DNA of 63,060 nucleotides, counting the filler. It is 5 parts of 5 records of this genome, joined end to end, with 100 filler letters (N's around TTAATTAATTAA, not from the genome) between each part and the next. Parts side by side here need not be neighbours in the genome. Positions count along the whole stretch, not along the records: positions 1 to 16,790 come from SRR22947725_2224; 4 more parts are not named here. One strand, 5' to 3'. Both the position numbers and the translations under genes were made by a program. Under the pieces are notes generated by a model, which made no database searches, was not told the origin of the DNA, and worked only from the letters and a program-made list of their open reading frames with translations. Below are positions 1-9,778 of this stretch, piece by piece. The number at the start of each line of letters is the position of its first letter. Position 1 is the first letter of the stretch.

Positions 1-209
1 ATGTATGTTTTAAGACAGGACATAACATTAATCCTCTTGAAAAAGGTCATATTGCCTATAGAACAGATGATTTGGACGCATTTAAACAACATCTAGATGA
101 ATTAGGTATAAATTATTCTGATTGGGGTGAAACAGCTGTTGCTGGATGGAAACAAATATTTTTTTATGACCCAGATGGGAACATTATAGAAGTCCATGAA
201 GTTAAATAA
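1..209 (+). CDS. VOC/glyoxalase family protein, 5'-truncated by window edge
   Basis: Not in ORF track. Frame starting at nt 3 reads ...GHIAYRTDDLDAFKQHLDELGINY...QIFFYDPDGNIIEVHEVK*, with TAA at 207-209; FxDPDGNxIE is the VOC C-terminal motif. Confidence 0.85.
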   Translation, partial: VCFKTGHNINPLEKGHIAYRTDDLDAFKQHLDELGINYSDWGETAVAGWKQIFFYDPDGNIIEVHEVK

Positions 210-263
210 AAATAGACGTAATTTCTGATAATAATTAATTTTAAACATGATTGGTGGTTAAAT

Positions 264-1448
264 TTGAAAAAGCCTAACATTAATATGTTGGCTATTATAG
301 TTGCAGTTCCAGTAATTGGAATGACTATTATATCACCAGCATTAACTTTAATAAAAGATGATTTAAATATTTCTTTTTCAGATACTCAATTAATCTTAAC
401 TTTATATTTCCTTTTTTTAGCTTTTGGTCAAATTATATCTGGGCCGTTTTCAGATAAATATGGAAGAAAACCAATTTTAATTCTTGGAGCCTCAATTTAT
501 TCTGTTGCTGCTTTTATGGCTTCGTTTTCCTCAAATATTGAAATACTTTTATTTTTGAGATGTATACAAGGGTTTGGTGCAGCAGCTTGTTTATCAGTTG
601 GCAGAACGATTTTGAGTGATTGTTTTGAAATAGCTGAAGCTGCTAAACAAATGTCAAAAATGACGGCTATAATGGCCATTATACCTATTACATGTTTTAT
701 ATTTGGTGGAATTCTAGCTGAATTTTTAGGTTGGCGAACTAATTTGATAGCTCTAGGCTTAGTTAGCATGGTTTTGCTTATATTCATGTTTTTAATTTTA
801 GAAGAAACTCTAGTCAATAAATCAAAAAGTGTAAGTTTTGTTAATATGTTTCTTGTGTATAAAAACTTAATACAGACTTCTTTGTTTAGACTTTTTACTA
901 TTACAACTGCCATGCAAACTTCAATGTTTTTTGCTATGAACGGCTTCATGCCATATGAATTTGCAAGAAAAGGCGTAAGTATATCAGAATTTGGTATTTG
1001 GTTTTCACTTACCTCAGTTGGTTATATTTTGGGAAATATAATAAATGGAAAGTTCAGCCCAATAATTGGTTTAGAAAAAATGTGTTCTATAGGAACTATA
1101 TGTTCTTTTTTTACCGTTTTTTTATTTCTTTTAAACCATTATACAGATACTAACGGACCTCTAACTTTATCTTTAATTTGTGTTGTATTTGGATGTTCTA
1201 ATGGTTTCGCTGTCGCAAATAGTATGACTGGAGCAATTAATTCATCCAAATCGAATAAAGGATCTGCAAGCGGTTTAATGGGAGCATTTCAAGTCGGTTG
1301 TGGTGGCTTGGGAGGATATTTAATTATTTTATTTGGAGGAGCTGAAGATTTCTACATATGTATTTTAGCTTTATTTATTATGTCAGGTATCTCAATTATA
1401 TCTTCTTCATTTATTTTAATAAATAAAAATAAGCAGCTTGTTAAATAG
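264..1448 (+). CDS. Bcr/CflA-type (DHA1) MFS efflux transporter
   Basis: About 12 hydrophobic segments; motif A GPFSDKYGRKP; LRCIQGFG; GWR. TTG start with GGTGG upstream. Confidence 0.85.
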   Translation: MKKPNINMLAIIVAVPVIGMTIISPALTLIKDDLNISFSDTQLILTLYFLFLAFGQIISGPFSDKYGRKPILILGASIYSVAAFMASFSSNIEILLFLRCIQGFGAAACLSVGRTILSDCFEIAEAAKQMSKMTAIMAIIPITCFIFGGILAEFLGWRTNLIALGLVSMVLLIFMFLILEETLVNKSKSVSFVNMFLVYKNLIQTSLFRLFTITTAMQTSMFFAMNGFMPYEFARKGVSISEFGIWFSLTSVGYILGNIINGKFSPIIGLEKMCSIGTICSFFTVFLFLLNHYTDTNGPLTLSLICVVFGCSNGFAVANSMTGAINSSKSNKGSASGLMGAFQVGCGGLGGYLIILFGGAEDFYICILALFIMSGISIISSSFILINKNKQLVK

Positions 1449-1496
1449 AATTTTTTAGTGAAGATAATGTTAAATTAAATAACGAATTCTTGTAAT

Positions 1497-2423
1497 ATGA
1501 ATAAAGATATTAAAATATTAGATGCGCATCATCATTTATGGGATCTTGATAAAAATTATTATCCATTTTTAAGTGACAAAATAGACAATGATTTTTTTTT
1601 AGGTGATTATTCATCTATCAGGCATAACTATCTTCCAAGTGACTATGGTAAAGATACTAAAGATCATAATGTTGTAGGAACAATTCATTGTGAAGCTGAA
1701 TGGGATAGGGAAAACCAAATTGGTGAAACGTTATGGTTAGATAAACTTTCGAAAACAAGCAAATTTCCGAATGCCATAATTGGTCATGCCTGGTTTGACA
1801 AAAAAAACTCAGAAGCAATCATAGCCGAGCAAGCAAGCTTTGATATTGTTAAAGGCATACGTTCAAAACCCACCATTAGATTTTCTGCAAATAGTAAAGA
1901 ATATGTCAAAAGTGGCTCTATGCAGGACTTGTCCTGGAGAAAAGGATTAAAATTATTAGAAAAATATAATCTTAATTATGATTTAAGAGTTCCTGCATGG
2001 CATTTGGAAGAAGCAACTGAAATAGTTAGATTAATACCGAATACAAAAGTAATTGTTAATCATGCTGGTTTTCCATGGGATAGAAGTAAGGAGGGTCTTG
2101 ACTTTTGGAGGAAAGGGGTGAAAGCCATCTCTACTGAACCGAATACATTTATCAAGTTATCTGAGTTTGGTGTTAAAGAGCAAGGTTGGAATTACAAACA
2201 AAATGCAGATATAATATATGAATTGATTGATTTGTTTGGTCCCCAAAGATGCATGTTTGCTAGTAATTTTCCAGTTTCTAGATTAAAAATTACATTCGAC
2301 GATTTATTTACTAATTTCAAAAACATAGTAAAAAAATTTTCTTTAGATGAACAAATATCACTCTTTTCAGACACTGCAATTAAAACATATAATATCAAAA
2401 TAACAGATATTGAAAAACGCTAA
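1497..2423 (+). CDS. Amidohydrolase_2 family protein (sugar lactonase-like)
   Basis: N-terminal DAHHHLWD, IVNHAGFP, IKLS, FGPQRCMFASNFPV motifs. Confidence 0.8.
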   Translation: MNKDIKILDAHHHLWDLDKNYYPFLSDKIDNDFFLGDYSSIRHNYLPSDYGKDTKDHNVVGTIHCEAEWDRENQIGETLWLDKLSKTSKFPNAIIGHAWFDKKNSEAIIAEQASFDIVKGIRSKPTIRFSANSKEYVKSGSMQDLSWRKGLKLLEKYNLNYDLRVPAWHLEEATEIVRLIPNTKVIVNHAGFPWDRSKEGLDFWRKGVKAISTEPNTFIKLSEFGVKEQGWNYKQNADIIYELIDLFGPQRCMFASNFPVSRLKITFDDLFTNFKNIVKKFSLDEQISLFSDTAIKTYNIKITDIEKR

Positions 2424-2512
2424 TATTTAAAATTTTTTTTAAAATACAATAATTTGAATAAAATACCAAATATGTTAAGAGTTTCAAATATTTACAAAAA
2501 TGGAGTCTTTTT

Positions 2513-3613
2513 TTGAGCATTCAATATACCCAAATTGTCAAAACACTTCCTTCTTCAGTTCCGTTTGTTGGTCCCGAAGCGCAAGAGAGAAGATTAGGAA
2601 AAAATTTTGAAGCTAGGATTGGCGCAAATGAAAGTGTTTTTGGGCCGTCTCCAAAAGCGGTTTTAGCTATGACGGATGAAATAGGCCAAGCTTGGAAATA
2701 TGGAGATCCAGAAAGTTTTGATTTAAAGCATGCTCTTGCTAAAAAACACAATGTTGCATTTGAAAATATTATAGTTGGAGAGGGTATCGACGGATTATTG
2801 GGTTATTTAGTAAGATTATTTATAGAGCAAGGTGATAATGTTGTTACAACTGATGGAGCTTATCCAACCTTTAATTATCATGTAGAAGGTTTTGGCGGTC
2901 AACTGCATAAAGTTCCTTTTAAGGACGACACAGAAGATTTAGATAATCTTTTGAATAAGGTAAGAGAAACTAAAGCAAAAATGCTTTACGTTTCAAATCC
3001 AAATAACCCTATGGGAACATTAAACTCAGTTAATGATATAAATAATTTAATTGAATATTTACCAACAGAAACATTATTATGTTTAGATGAGGCCTATATT
3101 GATTTTGTACCAACGGAATTAATACCTGAGATATCTATAAATAAATCAAATGTTATTAGAATGAGAACTTTTTCTAAGGCATATGGAATGGCAGGAGCCA
3201 GAGTTGGTTATGGTATTGCTACAAAAGATTTAATTTTAAATTTTGAAAAAGTAAGGAATCACTTTGGCATGTCAAGAATTGCTCAAGTAGGTGCATTAGT
3301 GTCGATTAATGATAATAAATTTATTAATGATGTTATATCAAAAGTTGAAAGTTCAAAGGGTAGAATTGCGAAGATTGCCCTAGCTAATAATTGTAAAGTT
3401 ATTAAGTCTTTTACTAACTTTGTCGCTATTGATTGTTGTGAAAATGCTGATTACGCAAAAAAAGTTTTAGAAAGTCTTATACAGCAGGGGGTTTTTGTTA
3501 GAATGCCTTATTCATTTCCTCAAAATAGATGTATAAGAGTTACTGCAGGTTTAGATAAAGATATAGATTTGTTCGAAAAAGCTTTTCCTATAGCTTTAAC
3601 GGAAAGTAAATGA
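2513..3613 (+). CDS. PLP-dependent aminotransferase class I/II (HisC-like)
   Basis: GANES, SNPNNPMG, LDEAY and RTFSKAYGMAGARVGY (PLP lysine). TTG start after GGAG. Confidence 0.85.
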   Translation: MSIQYTQIVKTLPSSVPFVGPEAQERRLGKNFEARIGANESVFGPSPKAVLAMTDEIGQAWKYGDPESFDLKHALAKKHNVAFENIIVGEGIDGLLGYLVRLFIEQGDNVVTTDGAYPTFNYHVEGFGGQLHKVPFKDDTEDLDNLLNKVRETKAKMLYVSNPNNPMGTLNSVNDINNLIEYLPTETLLCLDEAYIDFVPTELIPEISINKSNVIRMRTFSKAYGMAGARVGYGIATKDLILNFEKVRNHFGMSRIAQVGALVSINDNKFINDVISKVESSKGRIAKIALANNCKVIKSFTNFVAIDCCENADYAKKVLESLIQQGVFVRMPYSFPQNRCIRVTAGLDKDIDLFEKAFPIALTESK

Positions 3614-3709
3614 CTTTATTTTTATTATATTAACTTGTTATTTATTTTCTAATAACTAAATTAGTCTAGTCAACATCATGATTATATCAATTCCTAGGGA
3701 GTGCTCACA

Positions 3710-5152
3710 ATGTCACAAGAATATCCAAATACCCAACTATTTATAAATGGAGAATGGAGAGATTCTATATCAAAAGAAACTCTTGAAATAATAAATCCAG
3801 CTACTGAAGAAGTTATTGGTAAAGTTTCACACGCAAGAACACAAGATTTAGATATTGCTTTGGACGCAGCTAATAAAGCATTTACCGATTGGAAAAATGT
3901 TTCAGCATATGAACGTTCAAAGATATTGAGAAAAGCTGGTGACATTGTTCGAAGCAGAGCTGATCAAATTGCTAAGTTAATGACCTTAGAACAAGGTAAG
4001 CCACTAGTAGAAGCAAAAATGGAAACTTTAGGTGCAGCAGACTCGATTGATTGGTATGCTGAAGAAGGAAGAAGAGCTTATGGAAGAATTATACCTGCAA
4101 GAGCACAAGGTGTTTTTCAGTACGTTTTTAAGGATCCGGTTGGAGTTGTTGCAGCTTTTACGCCTTGGAACTTTCCTTTAAACCAAGTAGTTAAAAAAGT
4201 AGCAGCTGCATTTGCCGCTGGATGCACTGCTATAGTAAAAGGTCCAGAAGAAACTCCAGCAAGTGTTGCTGAATTGATTAAGGCATTTGACGAGGCTGGT
4301 ATGCCTAAGGGGTCTATTAATCTTGTGTATGGCATCCCCGCTGAAATATCTTCATACTTAATAGCTCATCCAGTAATTAGAAAAGTTACTTTTACAGGAT
4401 CAACAGCTGTTGGAAAGCAATTAGCCGCCCTTGCAGGAACTCATATGAAAAGAGCTACAATGGAACTTGGAGGTCATTCACCAGCTATTGTTTGTGAAGA
4501 TGCAGATGTTAATGCGGCAGTAAAAATTCTTAGTGCTAATAAGTTTAGAAATGCTGGTCAGGTTTGTATTTCTCCAACAAGATTTTTAGTTCATGACTCA
4601 GTTTATGATCAGTTTGTTGATGGTTTTGTTAAACAAGCTGAAGCTTTAACTGTTGGAAATGGTCTAGATGAAGGCGTTAAAATGGGTCCTTTAGCTCATG
4701 ATAGGCGATTAACAGCTATTGAAGGATTTGTTGCTGATGCTGTTGAAAAAGGTGCAAACGTATTAACAGGAGGTAAACGTAAGGGTAATAATGGTTATTT
4801 CTTTGAACCTACAGTTATGACTAATGTTAGTAATGATTCAAGAATTATGAATGAAGAGCCATTTGGTCCTTTAGCTCCTATAAATTCTTTCAGCTCTATA
4901 GATGATGTAATAGATGAAGCAAATAGACTAAACTATGGTTTAGCTGCTTATGCTTATACAAATTCAGCAAAGACAGCTCAGGATTTAGGTCAAGCTATAG
5001 AAAGTGGTCAGGTTTCTATTAATCATCATGGTTTAGGACTTGTTGACACACCTTTTGGAGGTGTTAAAGATTCTGGATATGGTTCAGAAGGAGGGCCAGA
5101 AGGTCTAGATGCATATATGACTACTAAATTAGTTTCACAAACTGGTTTGTAA
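3710..5152 (+). CDS. NAD-dependent succinate-semialdehyde / alpha-ketoglutaric semialdehyde dehydrogenase
   Basis: [31 protein letters not shown] (catalytic Cys), EEPFGP. ATG at 3710 follows an AGGGAG RBS. Confidence 0.85.
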   Translation: MSQEYPNTQLFINGEWRDSISKETLEIINPATEEVIGKVSHARTQDLDIALDAANKAFTDWKNVSAYERSKILRKAGDIVRSRADQIAKLMTLEQGKPLVEAKMETLGAADSIDWYAEEGRRAYGRIIPARAQGVFQYVFKDPVGVVAAFTPWNFPLNQVVKKVAAAFAAGCTAIVKGPEETPASVAELIKAFDEAGMPKGSINLVYGIPAEISSYLIAHPVIRKVTFTGSTAVGKQLAALAGTHMKRATMELGGHSPAIVCEDADVNAAVKILSANKFRNAGQVCISPTRFLVHDSVYDQFVDGFVKQAEALTVGNGLDEGVKMGPLAHDRRLTAIEGFVADAVEKGANVLTGGKRKGNNGYFFEPTVMTNVSNDSRIMNEEPFGPLAPINSFSSIDDVIDEANRLNYGLAAYAYTNSAKTAQDLGQAIESGQVSINHHGLGLVDTPFGGVKDSGYGSEGGPEGLDAYMTTKLVSQTGL

Positions 5153-5172
5153 ATTTATTCTAATAAATATTT

Positions 5173-5207
5173 AAAAAGCAGTCTTTAATTTAAAACTGCT
5201 TTTTTTT
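5173..5207 (+). terminator. Intrinsic terminator after the aldehyde dehydrogenase
   Basis: AAAAAGCAGT...ACTGCTTTTTTTT hairpin followed by a T-tract. Confidence 0.75.
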
Positions 5208-5285
5208 GTTTAATTATTATACAAAATGCCTTGCCTATACTTTTTTATTTTTAAATTAACTATAATTAATTATAATTAAATCATG

Positions 5286-5300
5286 TGATAATTATTATCA
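5286..5300. promoter_or_regulatory. Fur-type 7-1-7 inverted repeat
   Basis: TGATAAT-T-ATTATCA, a perfect match to the TGATAATnATTATCA core, ending 18 nt before the ATG at 5319. Confidence 0.5.
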
Positions 5301-5318
5301 TTTTAATGGAGATTTAAA

Positions 5319-6146
5319 ATGGATTGGATACCAGCACCCACACCTATAAATGAAAATAGAAGAGCTCAAGCAGTTGAAAAAACTGGTATAATAGGTACTG
5401 ATCAAGTTTTTTTGTTCGATATTTACCTTGAGATAGCTAAAGATATATCAGGTTATGAGGCTGGTAGTTTTAGTTTATATGATTCCAAATATCAATGTAT
5501 GATTTCAGAAATTGGAAAGCCAGGTGAGAAAGAACTCCATAGAAAAGGTGATAAAAATGCAAGTGTATGTTCATACGTTTTGCTTGATAAGAAGCCTTTA
5601 CTAGTATTTGACCTTTCAAAACATGAAATTTTTAAATATCATGAGGGTGTAGTTGCTGGCCTTGTGAAAAGTTATATTGGTTTTCCTGTGATAAATAAAG
5701 ATGGTTACGCTCTAGGTACATTTTGTATGCTTAATTTTTCAGAAGTTAAAGACATTTCTCTAGAAAAGATTGAATTAATTGAAAAATTAGTTTCTAGGTT
5801 GGCTCTTCAAATTGACACTCAAACTGAACAAAAAGAATTAACATCTCAAAAAATATCCAAATCAATTGATATGTTAATGGAGAAGCATAGTGAATTTTCA
5901 CTATCAGATTATAAAAGTTTTATTGATATTTGTAGCGGCCTTACTTTACCTAAAGAAAATGCCAAAAGCTTAATTGATGCACATCTATGTGAAGTTAAAA
6001 ATGGCTCAGTTATTCTTTCATCGAAAGGAAATGATCTGCAAGAAAAGATGAATATAGTTACAAAAATTCATAATCAAATTAAAATTGAAGGCAAAGAAGC
6101 CAATTCACTAATAGATAATGCTCTTGATAAATTAGGAGAATTATAA
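5319..6146 (+). CDS. GAF-domain protein with uncharacterised C-terminal domain
   Basis: PAPTPINENRR N-terminus, SVCSYVL, SYIGFPVINKDGYALGTFC GAF motifs; GGAG RBS. No kinase, GGDEF or EAL motifs. Confidence 0.8.
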   Translation: MDWIPAPTPINENRRAQAVEKTGIIGTDQVFLFDIYLEIAKDISGYEAGSFSLYDSKYQCMISEIGKPGEKELHRKGDKNASVCSYVLLDKKPLLVFDLSKHEIFKYHEGVVAGLVKSYIGFPVINKDGYALGTFCMLNFSEVKDISLEKIELIEKLVSRLALQIDTQTEQKELTSQKISKSIDMLMEKHSEFSLSDYKSFIDICSGLTLPKENAKSLIDAHLCEVKNGSVILSSKGNDLQEKMNIVTKIHNQIKIEGKEANSLIDNALDKLGEL

Positions 6147-6478
6147 TGTTTGCTAAGGTTTATCAATATAAATTTGGAACAGTCTCTGAAGCAAAAGTCG
6201 CAGCTTCCTTTTGTGCTGATAATTTAGGTAAAAAAATAAGTCAATATAAGTTCCAATCTTTAAATGTAATGATTGGAAAGGATGGTGATTTATCGATTTT
6301 TATCAAGTTCAATACTATTGAGAGATTAAAAAAATATGAAGATGAGTCAAATCAATTTGTAAAAGAGTTAAAAGAAACTTTTGTTTTTAAAGAAAATCAA
6401 TATGCAGGAGTTTTTGTTTATAATTATGAGGCTGAAGCTACGTCATCTGAAATAAAAATTACCAATCCAGCAGCTTAA
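6146..6478 (+). CDS. Hypothetical protein, predicted dimeric alpha-beta barrel (ABM-like) fold
   Basis: TAATG stop/start overlap with the GAF gene; AGGAG RBS; beta-alpha-beta-beta-alpha-beta hydrophobic pattern (inference). Confidence 0.65.
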   Translation: MFAKVYQYKFGTVSEAKVAASFCADNLGKKISQYKFQSLNVMIGKDGDLSIFIKFNTIERLKKYEDESNQFVKELKETFVFKENQYAGVFVYNYEAEATSSEIKITNPAA

Positions 6479-6569
6479 CTTTTTTGTATCTTATTAAGTT
6501 AATTTAAAATAAGTTTAATAAAAGTACATAATATGTATCTATTTTCTTATATATTGATAAGGAAAAAAT

Positions 6570-7457
6570 TTGAATAAATGGATTGCTGTTGATTGGGGTA
6601 CAAGTTCGTTTCGTGCCTATTTAATAAAAAATAATATAGTTTCTGATCGCATTGAGACAAAAGACGGGATGAAATTTATAAATAATAATAGTTTTGAAAA
6701 AACATTTATTAGTTTAGTCGAAAATTGGTTAGACGATTATCAAACTACAGAAGTCTTGGCTAGTGGCATGGTTGGAGCACGTCAAGGTTGGTCTGAATCA
6801 CCTTACCAAGAAACTCCCTGTGATCTAAATAATATTAAATTTATATCACCATTGATAAATGATAATCGTATTGCGCTCAAAATTTTTTCTGGCATTTCAC
6901 AAATTGATCAACCTGATGTAATGAGGGGTGAAGAAACTCAAGTTGCAGGATTTTTTCATGAAAACCCTAATTTTGAAGGATCTATCTGCTTGCCTGGAAC
7001 ACACAGTAAATGGATTAAGGTAAAAGATCAAAATATAGTAAAATTTCAAACTTTTATGACTGGTGAATTATTTGAAGTTATTTCACAAAATACAGTGCTT
7101 ATGCATAGTGTTAAATCTAATAAGACTGATCAAGAAGAACTTTTAAAATCAGTTGATCTTATTTTTAAGAACCCAAATCTTTTTGGGAATGCTTTATTTA
7201 AATTAAGGGCTGACGATTTAATAAATTCAAAGAATAAGATTATTTATAAATCTAGGTTGTCAGGTTATTTATTGGGTCTAGAGTTATTAGGGAGCATAGA
7301 TTATTGGAAAAAAAGTAAGATAGCATTAATAGGAAATAAAGAATTAAACAAATTATATAACTATGTTTTAAAAGATAGGGTGTCATCAATAGTTTTTTAT
7401 GAAGCTGAAGATATGACGCTCAAAGGTTTAAAGTATTTTAAAGAAAAAATAAAATAA
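6570..7457 (+). CDS. dgoK: 2-dehydro-3-deoxygalactonokinase
   Basis: IAVDWGTSSFRA, GMVGARQGW, DVMRGEETQ, LPGTHSKW, TFMTGELF. Confidence 0.93.
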   Translation: MNKWIAVDWGTSSFRAYLIKNNIVSDRIETKDGMKFINNNSFEKTFISLVENWLDDYQTTEVLASGMVGARQGWSESPYQETPCDLNNIKFISPLINDNRIALKIFSGISQIDQPDVMRGEETQVAGFFHENPNFEGSICLPGTHSKWIKVKDQNIVKFQTFMTGELFEVISQNTVLMHSVKSNKTDQEELLKSVDLIFKNPNLFGNALFKLRADDLINSKNKIIYKSRLSGYLLGLELLGSIDYWKKSKIALIGNKELNKLYNYVLKDRVSSIVFYEAEDMTLKGLKYFKEKIK

Positions 7458-7466
7458 GGGTACGTT

Positions 7467-8099
7467 TTGTTAAATAAGAATAATATATTTAATTCAAGAA
7501 GACCTCTAATTGCTATTTTAAGAGGGATAACTCCTCTGGAGGCAGAGAGTGTTTCAGATGTTTTAATTGAGGCAGGTATAAAAATTATCGAAGTTCCTTT
7601 GAATTCACCAAGACCTTATGAAACGATTGAAAGAATGGTTAAATTTCATGGGGATAAAGGTGTTTTTGGAGCAGGAACAGTTTTAAAAGATGATCAGGTG
7701 TCGAAGGTTGCAGATGCAGGTGGCAATATTATAGTTTCACCAAATTCAAATCCTTTAATAATAAAGAAGACAAAGGAGTTAAATATGCTTAGTCTTCCTG
7801 GAGTTTTCACAGCCTCGGAATGTTTTCAAGCACTAGATGCAGGTGCGGATGGTTTAAAATTTTTTCCTGCTTCACTTTTGAAACCAAAAAATTTTAAGGC
7901 ATTATCTGCGGTATTGCCTAATGATATTATTTCAGTTGCTGTTGGAGGTATAGATGAAATTAGTTTTTCTTCTTGGATTGAAGTTAATATTACCGGTTTT
8001 GGTTTGGGTTCAAATTTATATAAGCCAGGTATGTTAATAGACGATATTCAAGCTACAGCAGAAAAAATTGTTAAAGCTTATGATAATACTGTAAAATAA
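7467..8099 (+). CDS. dgoA: 2-dehydro-3-deoxy-6-phosphogalactonate aldolase
   Basis: LIAILRG, IEVPLNSP, GAGTVL, LKFFPA, AVGG; directly follows dgoK. Confidence 0.92.
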   Translation: MLNKNNIFNSRRPLIAILRGITPLEAESVSDVLIEAGIKIIEVPLNSPRPYETIERMVKFHGDKGVFGAGTVLKDDQVSKVADAGGNIIVSPNSNPLIIKKTKELNMLSLPGVFTASECFQALDAGADGLKFFPASLLKPKNFKALSAVLPNDIISVAVGGIDEISFSSWIEVNITGFGLGSNLYKPGMLIDDIQATAEKIVKAYDNTVK

Positions 8100-8128
8100 T
8101 TCTTATTAATTTGTTAATGTAATAAAAA

Positions 8129-9778
8129 ATGTCTGATGATTATAAAGAAATGAAAACTAATAAAGAAGATTTAGATTTTTTAGAAGATTTACTTCATCCA
8201 ATAGAATTAAGACGTGATTTATTAATTGAACATTTACATATAATTCAAGATTACTATGGGTTTCTTTCTGAAAAAAACCTCACACTATTATCAAAATTAC
8301 TTAAAATCAGTAAGGTAGAAGTATATGAAGTAGCGTCATTTTATGCTCATTTTGACATAGTTAAAAATAATGAAGTTCCTCCTCCTAATATGACCATTAG
8401 AGTATGTAACTCATTATCTTGTGAAATTTCGGGGTCTAGCGAGTTAGAAGCTCAATTACTTGAAAATTATAATAGTAAAGAAGTTAGAATTTTAAAAGCT
8501 CCTTGTATGGGTAGATGTTTTGCTGCTCCAACAGTTGAAATAGGTCATTACCATGTTGATAATGCAGATATCAATAAAATTAGAGACGCTATAAAAAACA
8601 ATAGAATAAAGCCAGAAATTCCAGATTATGAAAATTTTGAAAATTATATAAATAAAGGAGGATATAAAAAATTCAGTGAAATTATTTCTAATATAAATGG
8701 TGATAATTGGTATGATGATTTAATAAAATCTGATCTCAGGGGATTAGGTGGAGCTGGCTTTAGAACAGCTAAAAAATGGCAACTTGTCTCTAATGAACAA
8801 GGTCCAAGATATCTTGCTGTTAATGGAGATGAAGGTGAACCTGGTACTTTTAAAGACAGACACTATTTAGAAACAGAGCCACATATGTTTTTAGAAGGAA
8901 TGTTAATAGCTTCCTTAGCCATCTCAGCTGAAAAATGTTTTATTTATATTAGAGATGAGTATCCAGCTATTTTAAAGATACTAAAAGAAGAAATTAGAAA
9001 ACTCGAAGATAATAATATAATAAGCAAACATTATATAGACGTTCGTAGAGGAGCGGGAGCTTATATATGTGGTGAAGAAAGTGCCATGATTGAGAGCATT
9101 GAAGGTAAAAGAGGATTGCCTCGGCACCGACCGCCTTTTGTTGGCCAAGTAGGTGTTTTTGGACGTCCTACATTAGTTCATAATGTTGAAACACTCTATT
9201 GGGTGTCTAAAATTATGAGAGATGGTTCACATGTTTTTAACAATACAATTAAAAATGATCGTATAGGTTTAAGAAGTTATTCCGTCTCTGGAAGGGTAAA
9301 AAAACCAGGCTTATATCTTCTTCCCTCAGGTTCAACCATTTTAGATATAATTGATTCAGCAGGAGGGATGAGTGAAGGCCATACCTTTAAGGCGTACCAG
9401 CCAGGAGGAGCATCCTCAGGACTTTTACCAGCTTCTTTAAATAATGTTCCTTTAGATTTTGATACCTTAAACGAACATAATACATTTATTGGCTCTGCTG
9501 CAGTGGTAATACTTTCAAATCAAGATAAAATCAGACAAGCTTCCTTAAATATGATTGAGTTTTTTAAAGCAGAAAGTTGTGGTCAATGCACACCTTGTAG
9601 AGTTGGTTGTGAAAAAGCAGTAACTATAATGAATGAACAAGAATGGGACATTGAACTTCTAGAAGATCTTTGTGAAGTCATGGAAAGTTCTTCAATTTGT
9701 GGATTAGGTCAAGCTGCAACAAACCCAATTAGATCAAGTATAAAATACTTTCCAGATGAGATAAAAAATCATGCCTGA
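8129..9778 (+). CDS. NAD-dependent formate dehydrogenase beta/diaphorase subunit (NuoE-like + NuoF-like domains)
   Basis: 2Fe-2S CNSLSC...CMGRC; LRGLGGAGF; NGDEGEPGTFKDR; GAGAYICGEES; CGQCTPCRVG and SICGLG 4Fe-4S. Confidence 0.9.
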   Translation: MSDDYKEMKTNKEDLDFLEDLLHPIELRRDLLIEHLHIIQDYYGFLSEKNLTLLSKLLKISKVEVYEVASFYAHFDIVKNNEVPPPNMTIRVCNSLSCEISGSSELEAQLLENYNSKEVRILKAPCMGRCFAAPTVEIGHYHVDNADINKIRDAIKNNRIKPEIPDYENFENYINKGGYKKFSEIISNINGDNWYDDLIKSDLRGLGGAGFRTAKKWQLVSNEQGPRYLAVNGDEGEPGTFKDRHYLETEPHMFLEGMLIASLAISAEKCFIYIRDEYPAILKILKEEIRKLEDNNIISKHYIDVRRGAGAYICGEESAMIESIEGKRGLPRHRPPFVGQVGVFGRPTLVHNVETLYWVSKIMRDGSHVFNNTIKNDRIGLRSYSVSGRVKKPGLYLLPSGSTILDIIDSAGGMSEGHTFKAYQPGGASSGLLPASLNNVPLDFDTLNEHNTFIGSAAVVILSNQDKIRQASLNMIEFFKAESCGQCTPCRVGCEKAVTIMNEQEWDIELLEDLCEVMESSSICGLGQAATNPIRSSIKYFPDEIKNHA

